Source: Octopus sinensis (Eukaryota). From it: a stretch of DNA of 64,000 bases. Below, piece after piece: positions 1 to 11,300 of the stretch. The notes below the pieces were generated by a model that saw only the letters and a program-made list of their open reading frames with translations, had not been told where the DNA came from and searched no databases. Numbering within the stretch: position 1 is the first letter of the stretch; every line of letters starts with the position of its first letter. The position numbers were made by a program, and so were the translations under genes. The stretch covers positions 9,734,001 to 9,798,000 of the forward strand of contig NC_043012.1 in NCBI RefSeq assembly GCF_006345805.1, given 5' to 3'.

Positions 1-77
1 TACTAGCTTTATGTCTGAGTCGAAGTGATGAAAAATGGTTATTAATAGGTTTTCTTTTATATGTATCGAACATCCGA

Positions 78-96
78 TATATATAATATATATATA

Positions 97-175
<79 letters not shown>

Positions 176-180
176 AATAA
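78..180. repeat. (TA)n followed by (AAT)n microsatellite
   Basis: Direct reading of the sequence. Confidence 0.95.
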
Positions 181-1123
181 TATTAAGGAATGGCCTTAAT
201 AGGCCATTCAACTCACTAAATCGAGCAGCTAAACTCAAACCGCTAAATAGTAGTAATTCAGGAATCAAAGGAAAATTAAAAAACATTTACCCTAATCATC
301 TTTGGACAATGCATTGTTTCGACGTACTTTTTGGTAAACCAGCCTAATTAAATTAAATTAAATTTAATCAAGTCAATTTGCCACTGGCCCGTCTCATCGG
401 CAAAGAAGCCAGGAGTAGTAAATATTTCACGAGGCAACAGCATCGATGCCTTGGGAATATATACTCTAAATTTTCAAAATCTACCGTCATCGCGCCAACT
501 TATCAGCAGCAAATATAAACTGCTGATTTAATTTCAGAATTAGCCAAACAATCATTAATTAATCAATATAAGGTTAGCAAAAAATTCAATAGAAATTTTT
601 CGCCACCAGGGTCTGGTGAGAAAGAAAACATAGCCAACAGACTATATAATATACGTTCAACAATAATATTAAGGAATGGCCTTAATAGGCCATTCAACTC
701 ACTAAATCGAGCAGCTAAACTCAAACCGCTAAATAGTAGTAATTCAGAAATCAAAGGAAAATTAAAAAACATTTACCCTAATCATCTTTGGACAATGCAT
801 TGTTTCGACGTGGTAAATTGACTTGATTAAATTTAATTTAATTTAATTAGGCTGGTTTACCAAAAAGTACGTCGAAACAATGCATTGTCCAAAGATGATT
901 AGGGTAAATGTTTTTTAATTTTCCTTTGATTTCTGAATTACTACCATTTAGCGGTTTGAGTTTAGCTGCTCGATTTAGTGAGTTGAATGGCCTATAGAGG
1001 CCATTCCTTAATATTATTGTTGAACGTATATTATATAGTCTGCTGACTTTTTTTTCTTTCTCACTAGACTGCTGGTGGCGAAAAAATTTCTATTGAATTT
1101 TTTGCTACCCTTATATTGATTAA
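181..1123. mobile_element. Penelope-like terminal repeat (pLTR): 486-bp unit in partial tandem plus a fold-back inverted copy
   Basis: 181-324 repeats at 667-811 (period 486); 869-1123 is the reverse complement of 559-811; contains a hammerhead motif; microsatellites on both flanks. Confidence 0.7.
300..405 (-). ncRNA. Type-I hammerhead ribozyme motif (family A)
   Basis: Minus strand reads CTTTG-CCGATGA-GAC-[67 nt]-GTC-GAAA-CAATGCATTG-TC-CAAAG: 5-bp helix I, GAC/GTC helix II, palindromic helix III, GUC site; core has C at position 4. Confidence 0.75.
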
Positions 1124-1240
1124 ATATATATATATAAAGTTACCAGCTTTAGTCACAATTGTACATTTATAAACTACGTTTTCGATTAAACATAATAAAC
1201 AGACAATGGGATTTAACTCTACAATTGCAAGAGAGAGTGT

Positions 1241-1242
<2 letters not shown>

Positions 1243-1272
<30 letters not shown>

Positions 1273-1353
1273 TTCTTCTTCTTCTTCTTCTTTTCTTCCA
1301 CCTCCTCCTCCTCCTTCTCTTCTTCTTATTCTCCTTATTCTTATTGCTATTAC

Positions 1354-1402
<49 letters not shown>

Positions 1403-1424
1403 ATTATTATTATTATTATTATTA

Positions 1425-1468
<44 letters not shown>

Positions 1469-1475
1469 CATCATC
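1243..1475. repeat. (TTC)n/(TAT)n compound microsatellite
   Basis: Direct reading; explains ORFs 1064..1486, 1159..1620 and 1206..1403. Confidence 0.95.
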
Positions 1476-2136
1476 ATCACCACCATTATTATTATTTATA
1501 CATCCTTCAAGTATACTATCATCTAAATTCATCTCAGCATCATCAGGTATTTTGTCAGTAATCGCTGAACTGGTACAAACATCCGAGTCACAATATATCT
1601 TATACACATTAGATGTGTAAGTAATTGGTTATGATATCATTTTGGAATTCTTAAATTTTACTTTTATAGAACATTACAATATTGTTTATAAACATTCCCC
1701 CATCGTGCCCCTAATAAATTTTCCCTGTATTTGCATCTTGAGTTTTTCAGTGACTTGGCCCTTTAACTGGTAATTAACATCATGATTTAAAGTCTACCCT
1801 TACCCTGCCTCTCTTTATAGTTCTATCAAACTGACTCTTCCTAATGTCTTATTAACTTTCTCTTGTGGAAAAGAGATACTTTTCCACATACCTAGCCATG
1901 AGCTGTCAACTCTCTTGTTTTTATATTTAAATAAACACAGTCTTCTTAGTCTCAGATGTAACAGATGATAAAGAGATAAATATATTAGAAATGAAGTACA
2001 GCCCTTACAAGCTTAGAACCCCACTAAGTTCCATGCGATTCTCAGAAATTGTAGTCTATTCTTAGCCACTTTGCTACAATAGCGACAATATGAATGTCTG
2101 CCATCTTCTTACGTTGTTAAAACTTTCTGTATTTTG

Positions 2137-2222
2137 TGCAGCTGAAGATAGCACTGCATTTAAATAGAAGTATTCACTGCATTGTTCAATTAAATGGAGC
2201 CGCTTGAAACGACCGTACTGCA
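2137..2222 (+). ncRNA. Hammerhead ribozyme motif, family B copy 1
   Basis: TGCAG-CTGAAGA-[57 nt]-GAAA-CGACCG-TA-CTGCA. Confidence 0.7.
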
Positions 2223-2274
2223 TTACTACTTGATATCCTGTTGCTTATTTTGATATATATATATATATATAGTT

Positions 2275-2470
2275 AATCCAAACAAGAAAACAAAAACAAA
2301 AAAACAACAACGCAAAGACGTGGAACAAATAAAGTATTATTGGACGCTCAGGAAAGAAGGGAAGATGGAGGGTTTGACGTTTCGAGCGGAGCTCTTCGTC
2401 GGAAACATAGGAGAAGGAAAGATCCCAAGAAGGGAAGACAGGGGAAAAAATCGCTAGAGGTACAGACGAG
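2275..2470 (-). mobile_element. Penelope-like pLTR fragment, family C copy 1
   Basis: Homologous to 22620-22830; ends at (TA)n; carries a minimal hammerhead. Confidence 0.65.
2372..2406 (-). ncRNA. Minimal hammerhead motif, family C copy 1
   Basis: Minus strand GTTT-CCGACGA-A-GAGC-TCC-GCTC-GAAA-CGTC-AAAC (35 nt). Confidence 0.7.
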
Positions 2471-2959
2471 GTCACATACTAAATGACGGAAGTAGTAACA
2501 GTATATATATATATATATATAATTTAGAGAAAAACCTCTATTAAACAATTCAATAAAGAAAAATGTTATTCACACCGTACAGAAAACATATACTATAAAA
2601 AAACTTTATTCTAAAAATCAATAAATTACAATAAATAGTAAATATTAAGTATATATGCAATAGATCTGAACCAATAAGATAAAAAACCGTCTTTGTTCAT
2701 TAATATATATATATATATACATATGCATCTGTGCGTATGTATATACACACATATATACGTATGTGAGTGTATGTCCATATACATACATGCATACATACAC
2801 GCACTTTTCCCACATGTGTATATATGTTAAACAGAAAGCCAGCTTCTTTCGATTGTGTTGTTGATTTTTATAGAAAATATTTCTTTTGGAGGAAATGATG
2901 TTTTTTTTTTCTTTTACAGGCAATTCCGAAGTTGTAAAGTCGCTCGGTTCATTTTTTTC

Positions 2960-3270
2960 ACTTATAATAGCTTATAAGTTGATGAATGCAGTGATAACAT
3001 AACGAAAGAGAATATCTCATACGGATGGTGTTCTTGTTTAACACTAGGTATGGTGTGGAGAGAAATAACTGCTAAGAAAGATACGCTTGACTCCCAAACT
3101 CCGGGAAGTAAAGGCTGATTTAGTAGTTGCAGTAGCATAGAGAATATTCTGGAAGACGGACTTAATGGAAACAAGTATCTTTGCTTCTTCAGGATGTCCC
3201 ATACATATTGTTTACACTCGTTTGTATATAGACTACTAGCTGACCTAAGAGACTGTGACAGAACTCTTTA
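2960..3270 (+). pseudogene. Possible decayed hAT-type transposase fragment
   Basis: One frame reads VDECSDNITKENIS...SIENILEDGLN with 2 stops in about 105 codons; loose resemblance to the hAT first-Asp motif DE(S/T)xD. Confidence 0.2.
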
Positions 3271-3710
3271 GTGTAATGTTCAGTAGTTGAAGTAGAAGAC
3301 GGGACATCCAAAATTTCCATGATTCTATTATCAATGAGACAAAACTCAGAGAATTACAAATAGCGTGAGTGTTTAATATCACACATTGATACCACATACA
3401 TCCACATACCCCTACATGCACGCACAGACTCACTGATTCACAACAAACTCATATATATATATACCCTACCGACACAGGCAGTCGAGTGTCAGTGTCATTA
3501 GTGCGATTGCTCATATAGTTCTGTATCTCATTTCGGTGTCAGCTCGAAGCCAGCTGATGTCAACATAAACCTTCCCTTTTGGGATCCAAAGATAAAATAC
3601 CACTCTTCTACTGAGGTCACTCGTATATTTCGTACTCTGACTCGCATTGCCGGAAAAAAATCGATTGTATTTAGAGCTGGAGTGGATGAGAGGGAACGAT
3701 AAAATGAACA

Positions 3711-4115
3711 AGCGTTTCGCTAAACGTGGTCGATAAAATAATTTAGCGGTTCACCAAACGATATCGATAAAATAAATAACAAGGCGGTTCGCCAAACAAG
3801 TTCGATAAAGTGAGTTAGCGGTTCACCAAACGCGATAGGTAAAATAACTTAGCGGTTCGCTATACGAGATCGATAAAATAACTTAGCGGTTCGCCAAACG
3901 TGTTCGATGAAATGACTTAGCGGTTCGCCAAACGAGATCGATAGAATGAAATAGCGGTTCGGCCATGGAGATCGATAAAATCAATTAACGGTTTGCGAAA
4001 CGAGATCGATAAAATGACTTAGCGGTTCGCCAAACGAGAATGATGAAATAACTTAGCGGTTCGCCAAACGAGAACGATATAATATTTTAGCGGTTCGCCA
4101 AACGTGGTCGATAAA
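3711..4115 (+). repeat. Minisatellite, about 12 copies of a ~34-bp unit TTAGCGGTTCGCCAAACGAGATCGATAAAATAAC
   Basis: Head-to-tail copies without unique spacers. Confidence 0.9.
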
Positions 4116-4499
4116 ATATAGTTATCGGAGTATTTTGATTTGTTATTCAAAACTCGTAGGAAGTTCAAAAAATAAAGTAGAGCACATCGACCGCCTTCCC
4201 ACATCCCATCAACCGCTTTCAATATAATCCAACCTTTGTGATGTATTATGGAATAGCAGGCGAGGAGTTGCTTCCTTCATCGTCCCTTAAAGAGCCATTG
4301 CAGGTTTTATGTCTCGAAACTTTCCTAACATCTCTTCAGAACCTGTATATGGCAATTCTTGATCGTATTAAATGAATGACTAATGGCGAAGGCAGATCAT
4401 CTCCGTATTAAATAAAACTTAAATTTAACAAGCTGCTTCAATTATTTATCCAACCACTGTATGCATACGTACAACACCCACGTGCGCGCGCGCACACAC

Positions 4500-4859
4500 A
4501 CTTATCTATAGATATAAAAATATATAAGTATATATATAAATATATATAAATATCTATATATATATATATAGATATAGATATATATAAATAGATATATATA
4601 TATGAAAATGAATAGATAGATAAACAAATAAAAATACAAACGTATATATTAATATATATATACATATATAGACATATACATACACACATCTATCTATCTA
4701 TCTATCTATCTACACATATATATGTTTATATATATTATATATATATTCTATATATATATATATATATGTACAATTATTATATATATTATATATACACATA
4801 TATATGTATATAATATATATATACATACATACATATATATGTATATATATATATATATG

Positions 4860-4917
<58 letters not shown>

Positions 4918-4940
4918 AAACATACACACACATATATATT
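4500..4940. repeat. Degenerate (TA)n/(TATC)n tract
   Basis: Direct reading. Confidence 0.9.
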
Positions 4941-5473
4941 ACATATACATGAATAAGCTCTCCAACTAACTAAGACTGCGGGTATTTCTACAATAAAAAG
5001 CAACCTAACATCTAGAGCACTTAGCATGTAGTGTGATTATAAACCATAGAAACTTTGAGAATCTTAATAACTTCAAAACGAACGATAAATCTATGCAAAA
5101 AAACAAGTCAACAAACGCGTTAGTTTAACGTTAAGGGTTTATAACATGACATCCAATTTATTTTGTCTTTCTTACGAGATCAGCGTTCCATGTCAAATAG
5201 CAATCATTCACTAAATCATTATTATGGGTTCTGTAGTAATTGGTAACATTCTCACACTAATAAATTCTTCCTGCTACATATCGTCTATAGTATGATTTCT
5301 TTGATAAATATTAAACAGTTTCCCATAAAAGTATTTGTTGGAATTGATGTTTGATTTCTGCGCCAGCAAAAATATCTTTAGATTTATTATTAAATCCTTG
5401 TGATGACTTTGAGCTAAGAAATAAGAAAAGATAGAATCTCTAGTTTCAAATTTTATAGCTAGCTCTCCCTTTA

Positions 5474-5870
<397 letters not shown>

Positions 5871-6435
5871 GTTTTTGTTTGCTTATACACGCACACACAC
5901 GTACACGCCCTCATAAGTATATATATATATACATGTGTGTGTTTGTGCATATGGACACATACACACTTTTACTCACATAAATACATATTTATACATATAT
6001 GAACACATACATGTAGATACACTTTTGTTGTGTGTATGGTACATTACAGAAAGTATTTATACAGTTTCCACCAGCAGACAAACGTATATCTACGTCGACT
6101 TTATATGAAATGTCTTTGTGAACAGAAACATAAAGAAGACAGATCAGCCAGATTAGTTTCAATCAATCAATCTTGTATCGCGAGTTCATTAACGATCGAA
6201 TATCTTCTATAATTGCCCCTCTGATGCTGCTTATAAGCCGAACATTACTGAGGGCAGCAGTCAATCGTATAAACCGATTTACGTAAACAACGCGTTCTTG
6301 GTAGCTATTGAGATTAATAAATAACCTGTTCGTTAAAAACCTCTTGTTTCTCTCCACTATAGGATTTATCTACAGATGTTATTTAGCGAAAAGTATATGA
6401 ACAGACAAACATAAATACTTTGTATATTTGTATAT

Positions 6436-6741
6436 GGAGGCGCAATGGCCTAGTGGTTAGGGCAGCGGACTCGCGGTCGTAGGATCGCAGTTTCGATTCC
6501 CAGACCGGGCGTTGTGAGTGTTTATTGAGCGAAAACACCTAAAAGCTCATCGAGGCTCCGGCAGGGGGTGGTGGTGATCTCTGCTGTACTCTTTCACCAC
6601 TCTTTCTCCCACTCTTTCTTCTGTCGGCCTGCTCGCTTAGCCAGCAGGGTGGCGTCATTCGAAGGCTAAAACAATGCGAACGCATTGTGACCAGCGATGT
6701 GTAGCAACATCTGATGGTCTGGTCGGTCACGTGATCACGTG
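6436..6741 (+). mobile_element. Full-length tRNA-Arg-like SINE (family R, tail type 1)
   Basis: A-box TGGCCTAGTGG, TCG anticodon-like loop, B-box GTTTCGATTCC; 17-bp direct repeat ATATTTGTATATGGAGG at 6424-6440 and 6742-6758. Confidence 0.9.
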
Positions 6742-6945
6742 ATATTTGTATATGGAGGAAGAGAAATCCCAGCATATGTTTGAAACTAGACTGCTAGATA
6801 ACTCTTCTTCTGTCCACAAAGTAAGATACCAGTTATACTTTGTAGTAGAGACGCAAGACAGTGCTAATAAACTAGTTGCCTATGTATATATATATATATA
6901 AGAGAACAAGGTGTACGTACGCTGTTATATATATATGAATATAAA

Positions 6946-7161
6946 TACAAAATGGGACAAGAACGCAAAACATTCAAATAGACGATACAAAACACACGAA
7001 CGGGTCATTCGAAGCCTCTAATCTTCAGTCAAGAACTGGATCATCCAGCCGAAATTGCGAGGATGATCCGGTTCTTGACTGAAGATTAGACGCTTCGAAT
7101 GACCCATTCGTGTTTTTTGTATCGTCTATTTGAATGTTTTGCGTTCTTGTCCCATTTTGTA
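6946..7161. repeat. Long palindrome (~101-bp arms, 14-nt loop), probable inverted Penelope-like pLTR
   Basis: 6946-7046 is complementary to 7061-7161; flanked by (TA)n. Confidence 0.85.
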
Positions 7162-7427
7162 TATATATATATGTATATATAGGGGTTCAACCAAGGCTGT
7201 GTAGATATTAGAACATATCTATAAATGTTCTAATATCTAAAAAACCTTGGTTTTTTTATCTCATTACGCAAGAAATTATTTTATACACTCGCTGACATAT
7301 GACCAACGTTGAACCCCTTACTCGCAAAATTACCGAACCTGGAACTTAACTATGGTCTGTCTATAGCACTTATTCAGCATTACCTGACCCCTTTGGGTCT
7401 CAATGACACCATTACCTTTTATAACAT

Positions 7428-7465
<38 letters not shown>

Positions 7466-7468
7466 ATA

Positions 7469-7514
<46 letters not shown>

Positions 7515-7519
7515 TTCTT

Positions 7520-7740
7520 TACTACCCACAAGTGGCTAAACATACAGGGGACAAACAAGAACTGACAAACGGATAAGTCGATTACATTGACTCAGTGCGA
7601 AACTGGTACTTTATTTATTGACCCCGAGAGGATGAAAGGCAAAGTCGACCTCGGCGGAATTTGAACTCAGAACGTAACGAGAGACGAAATACCGCTAAGC
7701 ATTTCGCCCGTCACGCTAACGTTTCCGCCAGCTCGCCGCC
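7520..7740 (-). mobile_element. tRNA-derived SINE family 3
   Basis: Reverse complement of GGCGGCGAGCTGGC...GAGTTCAAATTCCGCCGAGGTCGAC. Confidence 0.85.
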
Positions 7741-8095
7741 TTTTTATTACTGTTTATATCTTTTGTCACACATCTTTGACCGCTCAGCGACCGTTCCATC
7801 CACGTGTGTCCTCCGAATCCGCTTAATCTATTCTGTCCTACTTTGATGTATTTCCTTATCTGTGCATGCAGCTGTCTGTAACTCTATGTGCTGCAGCTAC
7901 TGCTCTTGGCTCTTACGTTTGATATTGTTCTTATATCCGTCTGAGTCTGTGTGTTCGCTCATGCCACTGTCATCGTGGTTGTTGTTGTGGCCGCTAGTAA
8001 CTGTTAATGTATGTGTGTCTGTGTGTATATATGGGTTTTATTTCAGGAAACTTGCAGCACAAATCCATAAACGTACGTATATATATATATATATA

Positions 8096-8136
<41 letters not shown>

Positions 8137-8412
8137 AAATAGTAAAAAGTGAAAAAAACTACAGAAGGCTTGTTTTAAAAGGTTAAAAAAATATATATTT
8201 GAGTCATTATGTCAGAAGAATGTTATAAAATGTTTTCATACAGTGACATAGTTTTTGAAGAAATTACCGGTTTCGGGTTAACTTTTCAAATTTCTCAAAA
8301 CATCGTGTTATATATATATATATATATATATGTACACACACATCGCACATGGCATAATTATAAACAGAGAAAATATTAGGCATTTCTCCTCAAACTGAAA
8401 AAAACGATGAGC

Positions 8413-8458
8413 AGCCTTAATCGAAATTCGAACCTTATTGGGTACTCATCAGAGGCAT
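8413..8458 (-). ncRNA. Degenerate hammerhead motif (family F)
   Basis: GCCT-CTGATGA-GTACC-CAATAA-GGTTC-GAA-TTTCGATT-A-AGGC. Confidence 0.45.
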
Positions 8459-8669
8459 CCACATCATTTTGATAGTCTGCAGAGAAACAAACAGCCAAAC
8501 TCTTTATATACTCAACAAATGCAGTGGATAATCTATGAAGGAGTCCATAATTTGCATACCAGAAGTGATTAACACTCCATAAATTCCAGCGGCCCGTCAG
8601 CGGGGATCTTAGTCCACATTGTTTCAAGGTATGATATAAATATGCAACATATGGTATATATACATACAA

Positions 8670-8727
<58 letters not shown>

Positions 8728-9014
8728 AATTAAGAGATAAAACCTATATTAAATACTTCAATTAATAGTGAAATATATTATTTATAATAAATCATATAGA
8801 AATGTTTTAAAAGTTTTATTATTATAGAAATCACTAAATTAAATAAACATTAAATTGACTACGCGCGTTTCGTGACTATGGTTTTATTAAGTTATGACCA
8901 TAGTTGCCTCTCTTAGGCATCAGCCATTGATAACGGTTAAAAAGCTAAAAGCATCAATATCTGGGAATCCGACAGGTGGCGACTCTGGGCAGATAAAGTG
9001 TTTTTACACCATTT

Positions 9015-9140
9015 TACGATGAGACCGATAGAATAAGCACTAGGCTTACAAAGAATCAGTTCTGGCGTCGATTTGCACGACTACAGGCGGTGCTCCAGCA
9101 TGGCCGCAGTCAAATGACCGAAACAAGTAAAAGAGTAATG
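9015..9140 (+). mobile_element. SINE family 2, 3' fragment
   Basis: ACCGATAGAATAAG...GGCGGTGCTCCAGCATGGCCGCAGTCAAATGA tail shared with 15198-15602. Confidence 0.85.
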
Positions 9141-10742
9141 TTGAAGCCTAAATAAAAGTTAAGCGTTCCAAACCTGTTAATCATTCTCACAATTTGTCAT
9201 TTCATTTCTGGATAGGCTAAATAGTATTCATTAACGAAAATCCAAATTATTTTTTGCTACATCCTTTCTTCCGTTGCTATATTTTTGATTTCCTGATTTC
9301 TTGGTCGTTAAAGCTATTTATATTTTAGAGTGATTTGAACTTGAACAGCAGCACCAGTAGACCAATTAGCATAAAAAACACACCGGATGTTACCCTAATT
9401 CTAAAAGTGTGTCAGTTGTAGAGGTGGTCACTTTGGGATTTGAGTATATAAACCATGAACATATGCGAGCTCGAGCAGAAAATTTTCCTTTAGTTGTATA
9501 GAGAAAAATAGCATCAGCAGAAGATCATGGTAATTTGTGCGAGACATTTGAAGTTATGTGAGTATGTGACTGGGCCATATTTTAATTATTTATTTTAATC
9601 ATCATATACCGACTGAAAAGCCAATTCCATGAGATGTGAAACTACAATACTAAGCTGCATAATACAATACATCAAAATACTAAGATGTAATATGAATCGT
9701 GTCATCAATTTTCCTCATTAATTAGGGTTAATTACTAATTATAAAATTGTTAATTATAAGACTGCTACTAGCACTGTGAATACAACGGGCTTTCGATCGG
9801 AAAGTATGTCTTCAAACACACACACACGCGTACATAGATATATGTGCGCGCAATTCTATCATGGTTGTACATGCGCGCACACACACAACCGTTTTCACAG
9901 AAACATACGATTCCTAGCGTTCAGCTGCGCTGCATAAACTACAGGTAGGAATACACAGACACAAATGCAAGCGTGTGTATATGTGTGTATCTGTGTGTGC
10001 GTACCTGTGTGCGTGTGTTTGTGTGTGTATGTGTGTGTGTGTGTGTGTCTGTGTGTGTGTGTATACATGCATATTTTCAGAATAAACTATCTATATACTG
10101 AAGCACCAAAGCAAACGTCTTCTCAAGACCAACGAATATTTAGTGTAATAGCTTTGTCTATAAACAGGGTACTAGTTAAACACAGACCTAATTGAAGTAC
10201 AACTCATCTAATTTAATTTTCCTCAACGATACTGTCTGTGTAGTTAATACTTAAAACACTATTTCATCATTTAACCTTCTGTGATCTTCTGTTTATATTG
10301 ACACTGCTATTCAGATCAATGACAAAAAAAAAAAACACTCTTGCACCACCATGTTGTCTACGCAAGAGTCTACTATGTGTCTTTGTTAGATATCTTCAAC
10401 TCTTCACCTCGTTCAGCTACTTTTCCTGCCTTCATGTCTTTAATGAACATTTCGATACTGTTGGTTCCAAGTTCAATATTTGGTCCCATTTCTGTGCTAC
10501 GTTGGTGTAGTATTCCTCACCTTCACTTCCACACAGACGTTTCTCTGCCTTACCCTTCTCATCATCAGTGAAGAGTTGTTAAAGTAAGTATATTTTCTAA
10601 AGGAAAAGAGAAGGTACAATTGATAGATGAAGATGAAAAACGTGTCACACATGGCCAAATATTTCTAAATATTACCTCTTCACTTCACACCACAACGTGC
10701 GGCTCAAAAACCATATTAGTAGTTTACATGCGATCAGGGGTG

Positions 10743-10796
10743 CTACTTGAAATCAATGCCAGGTTTTTGCAGTTCAACTTTTACTTCGTTACCTTT
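10743..10796 (-). CDS. Candidate terminal coding exon of an unidentified gene (KGNEVKVELQKPGIDFK*)
   Basis: Acceptor TTTGTGTTTAG; phase 0, matching the upstream exon across a 66-bp GT-AG intron. Confidence 0.35.
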   Translation of the reverse strand, partial: KGNEVKVELQKPGIDFK

Positions 10797-10862
10797 CTAA
10801 ACACAAAGTATACATACTAGATTTAATGCATTTTACCTTGACAGTGAAATTAGAGAGGTTAC

Positions 10863-11005
10863 CTGACAATTCTGTTTTTCCTTTACGAAATCCCATGCTA
10901 TTGCTTCAAATAAATCTTGATTTTGATAACTATACCCACTATATTTCATGTCGACTCCCTCAGCCCTATACCTAACATACCCGGCCTTAGATATACAAGG
11001 ATATG
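10863..11005 (-). CDS. Candidate internal exon of an unidentified gene (YPCISKAGYVRYRAEGVDMKYSGYSYQNQDLFEAIAWDFVKEKQNCQ)
   Basis: Open frame in non-repetitive DNA; acceptor TTTTAG; donor CAG|GTAACC. Confidence 0.4.
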
Positions 11006-11214
11006 CTAAAACTAATCTATAAATTAAAACTGACCCCATATAAAAGTGACAAGCAAAATCTGTAACAAGGCTTTCTTCCTGATAACTTAGTAGCTTCTAA
11101 GTGGAAAGAAGGGTATCAATGTCCTTTGTCTATATCCTTAAATTCTTGGAGATTTTAGGCAAAATTATACTAATGTGTCCACCTGTTTTAATTTAATTAA
11201 ATTCTATGTCTTTG

Positions 11215-11300
11215 TGCAGCTGAGGATTGCTCTGCATTTAAATTAATGTAATGGTTGCATAGTTCAATTAAATGGAGTTGCGTGAAACGATCGTACTGCA
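11215..11300 (+). ncRNA. Hammerhead ribozyme motif, family B copy 2 (intact core)
   Basis: TGCAG-CTGAGGA-[57 nt]-GAAA-CGATCG-TA-CTGCA; predicted cleavage after A11295 (GUA). Confidence 0.8.

Noticed and set aside
1064-1620. ORFs with poly-I/N/R/F/Y/L runs, and most other ORFs in the track (YI, CV, HT, LSIY repeats)
   Set aside because: They are translations of microsatellites with no coding signal
1495-1620. Short open frames on both strands with a GTAAGT donor at 1617
   Set aside because: No good acceptor, the frame runs out of a microsatellite, and the two strands are equally plausible
3711-4115. Regular ~34-bp periodicity suggesting a CRISPR array
   Set aside because: No unique spacers, no cas genes, eukaryotic context; the unit derives from a SINE
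6436-6510. tRNA-Arg(TCG)-like sequences (also at 17430, 32504, 46744, 62990)
   Set aside because: They lack a proper acceptor stem and continue into SINE bodies with TSDs, so they are SINE heads and not tRNA genes
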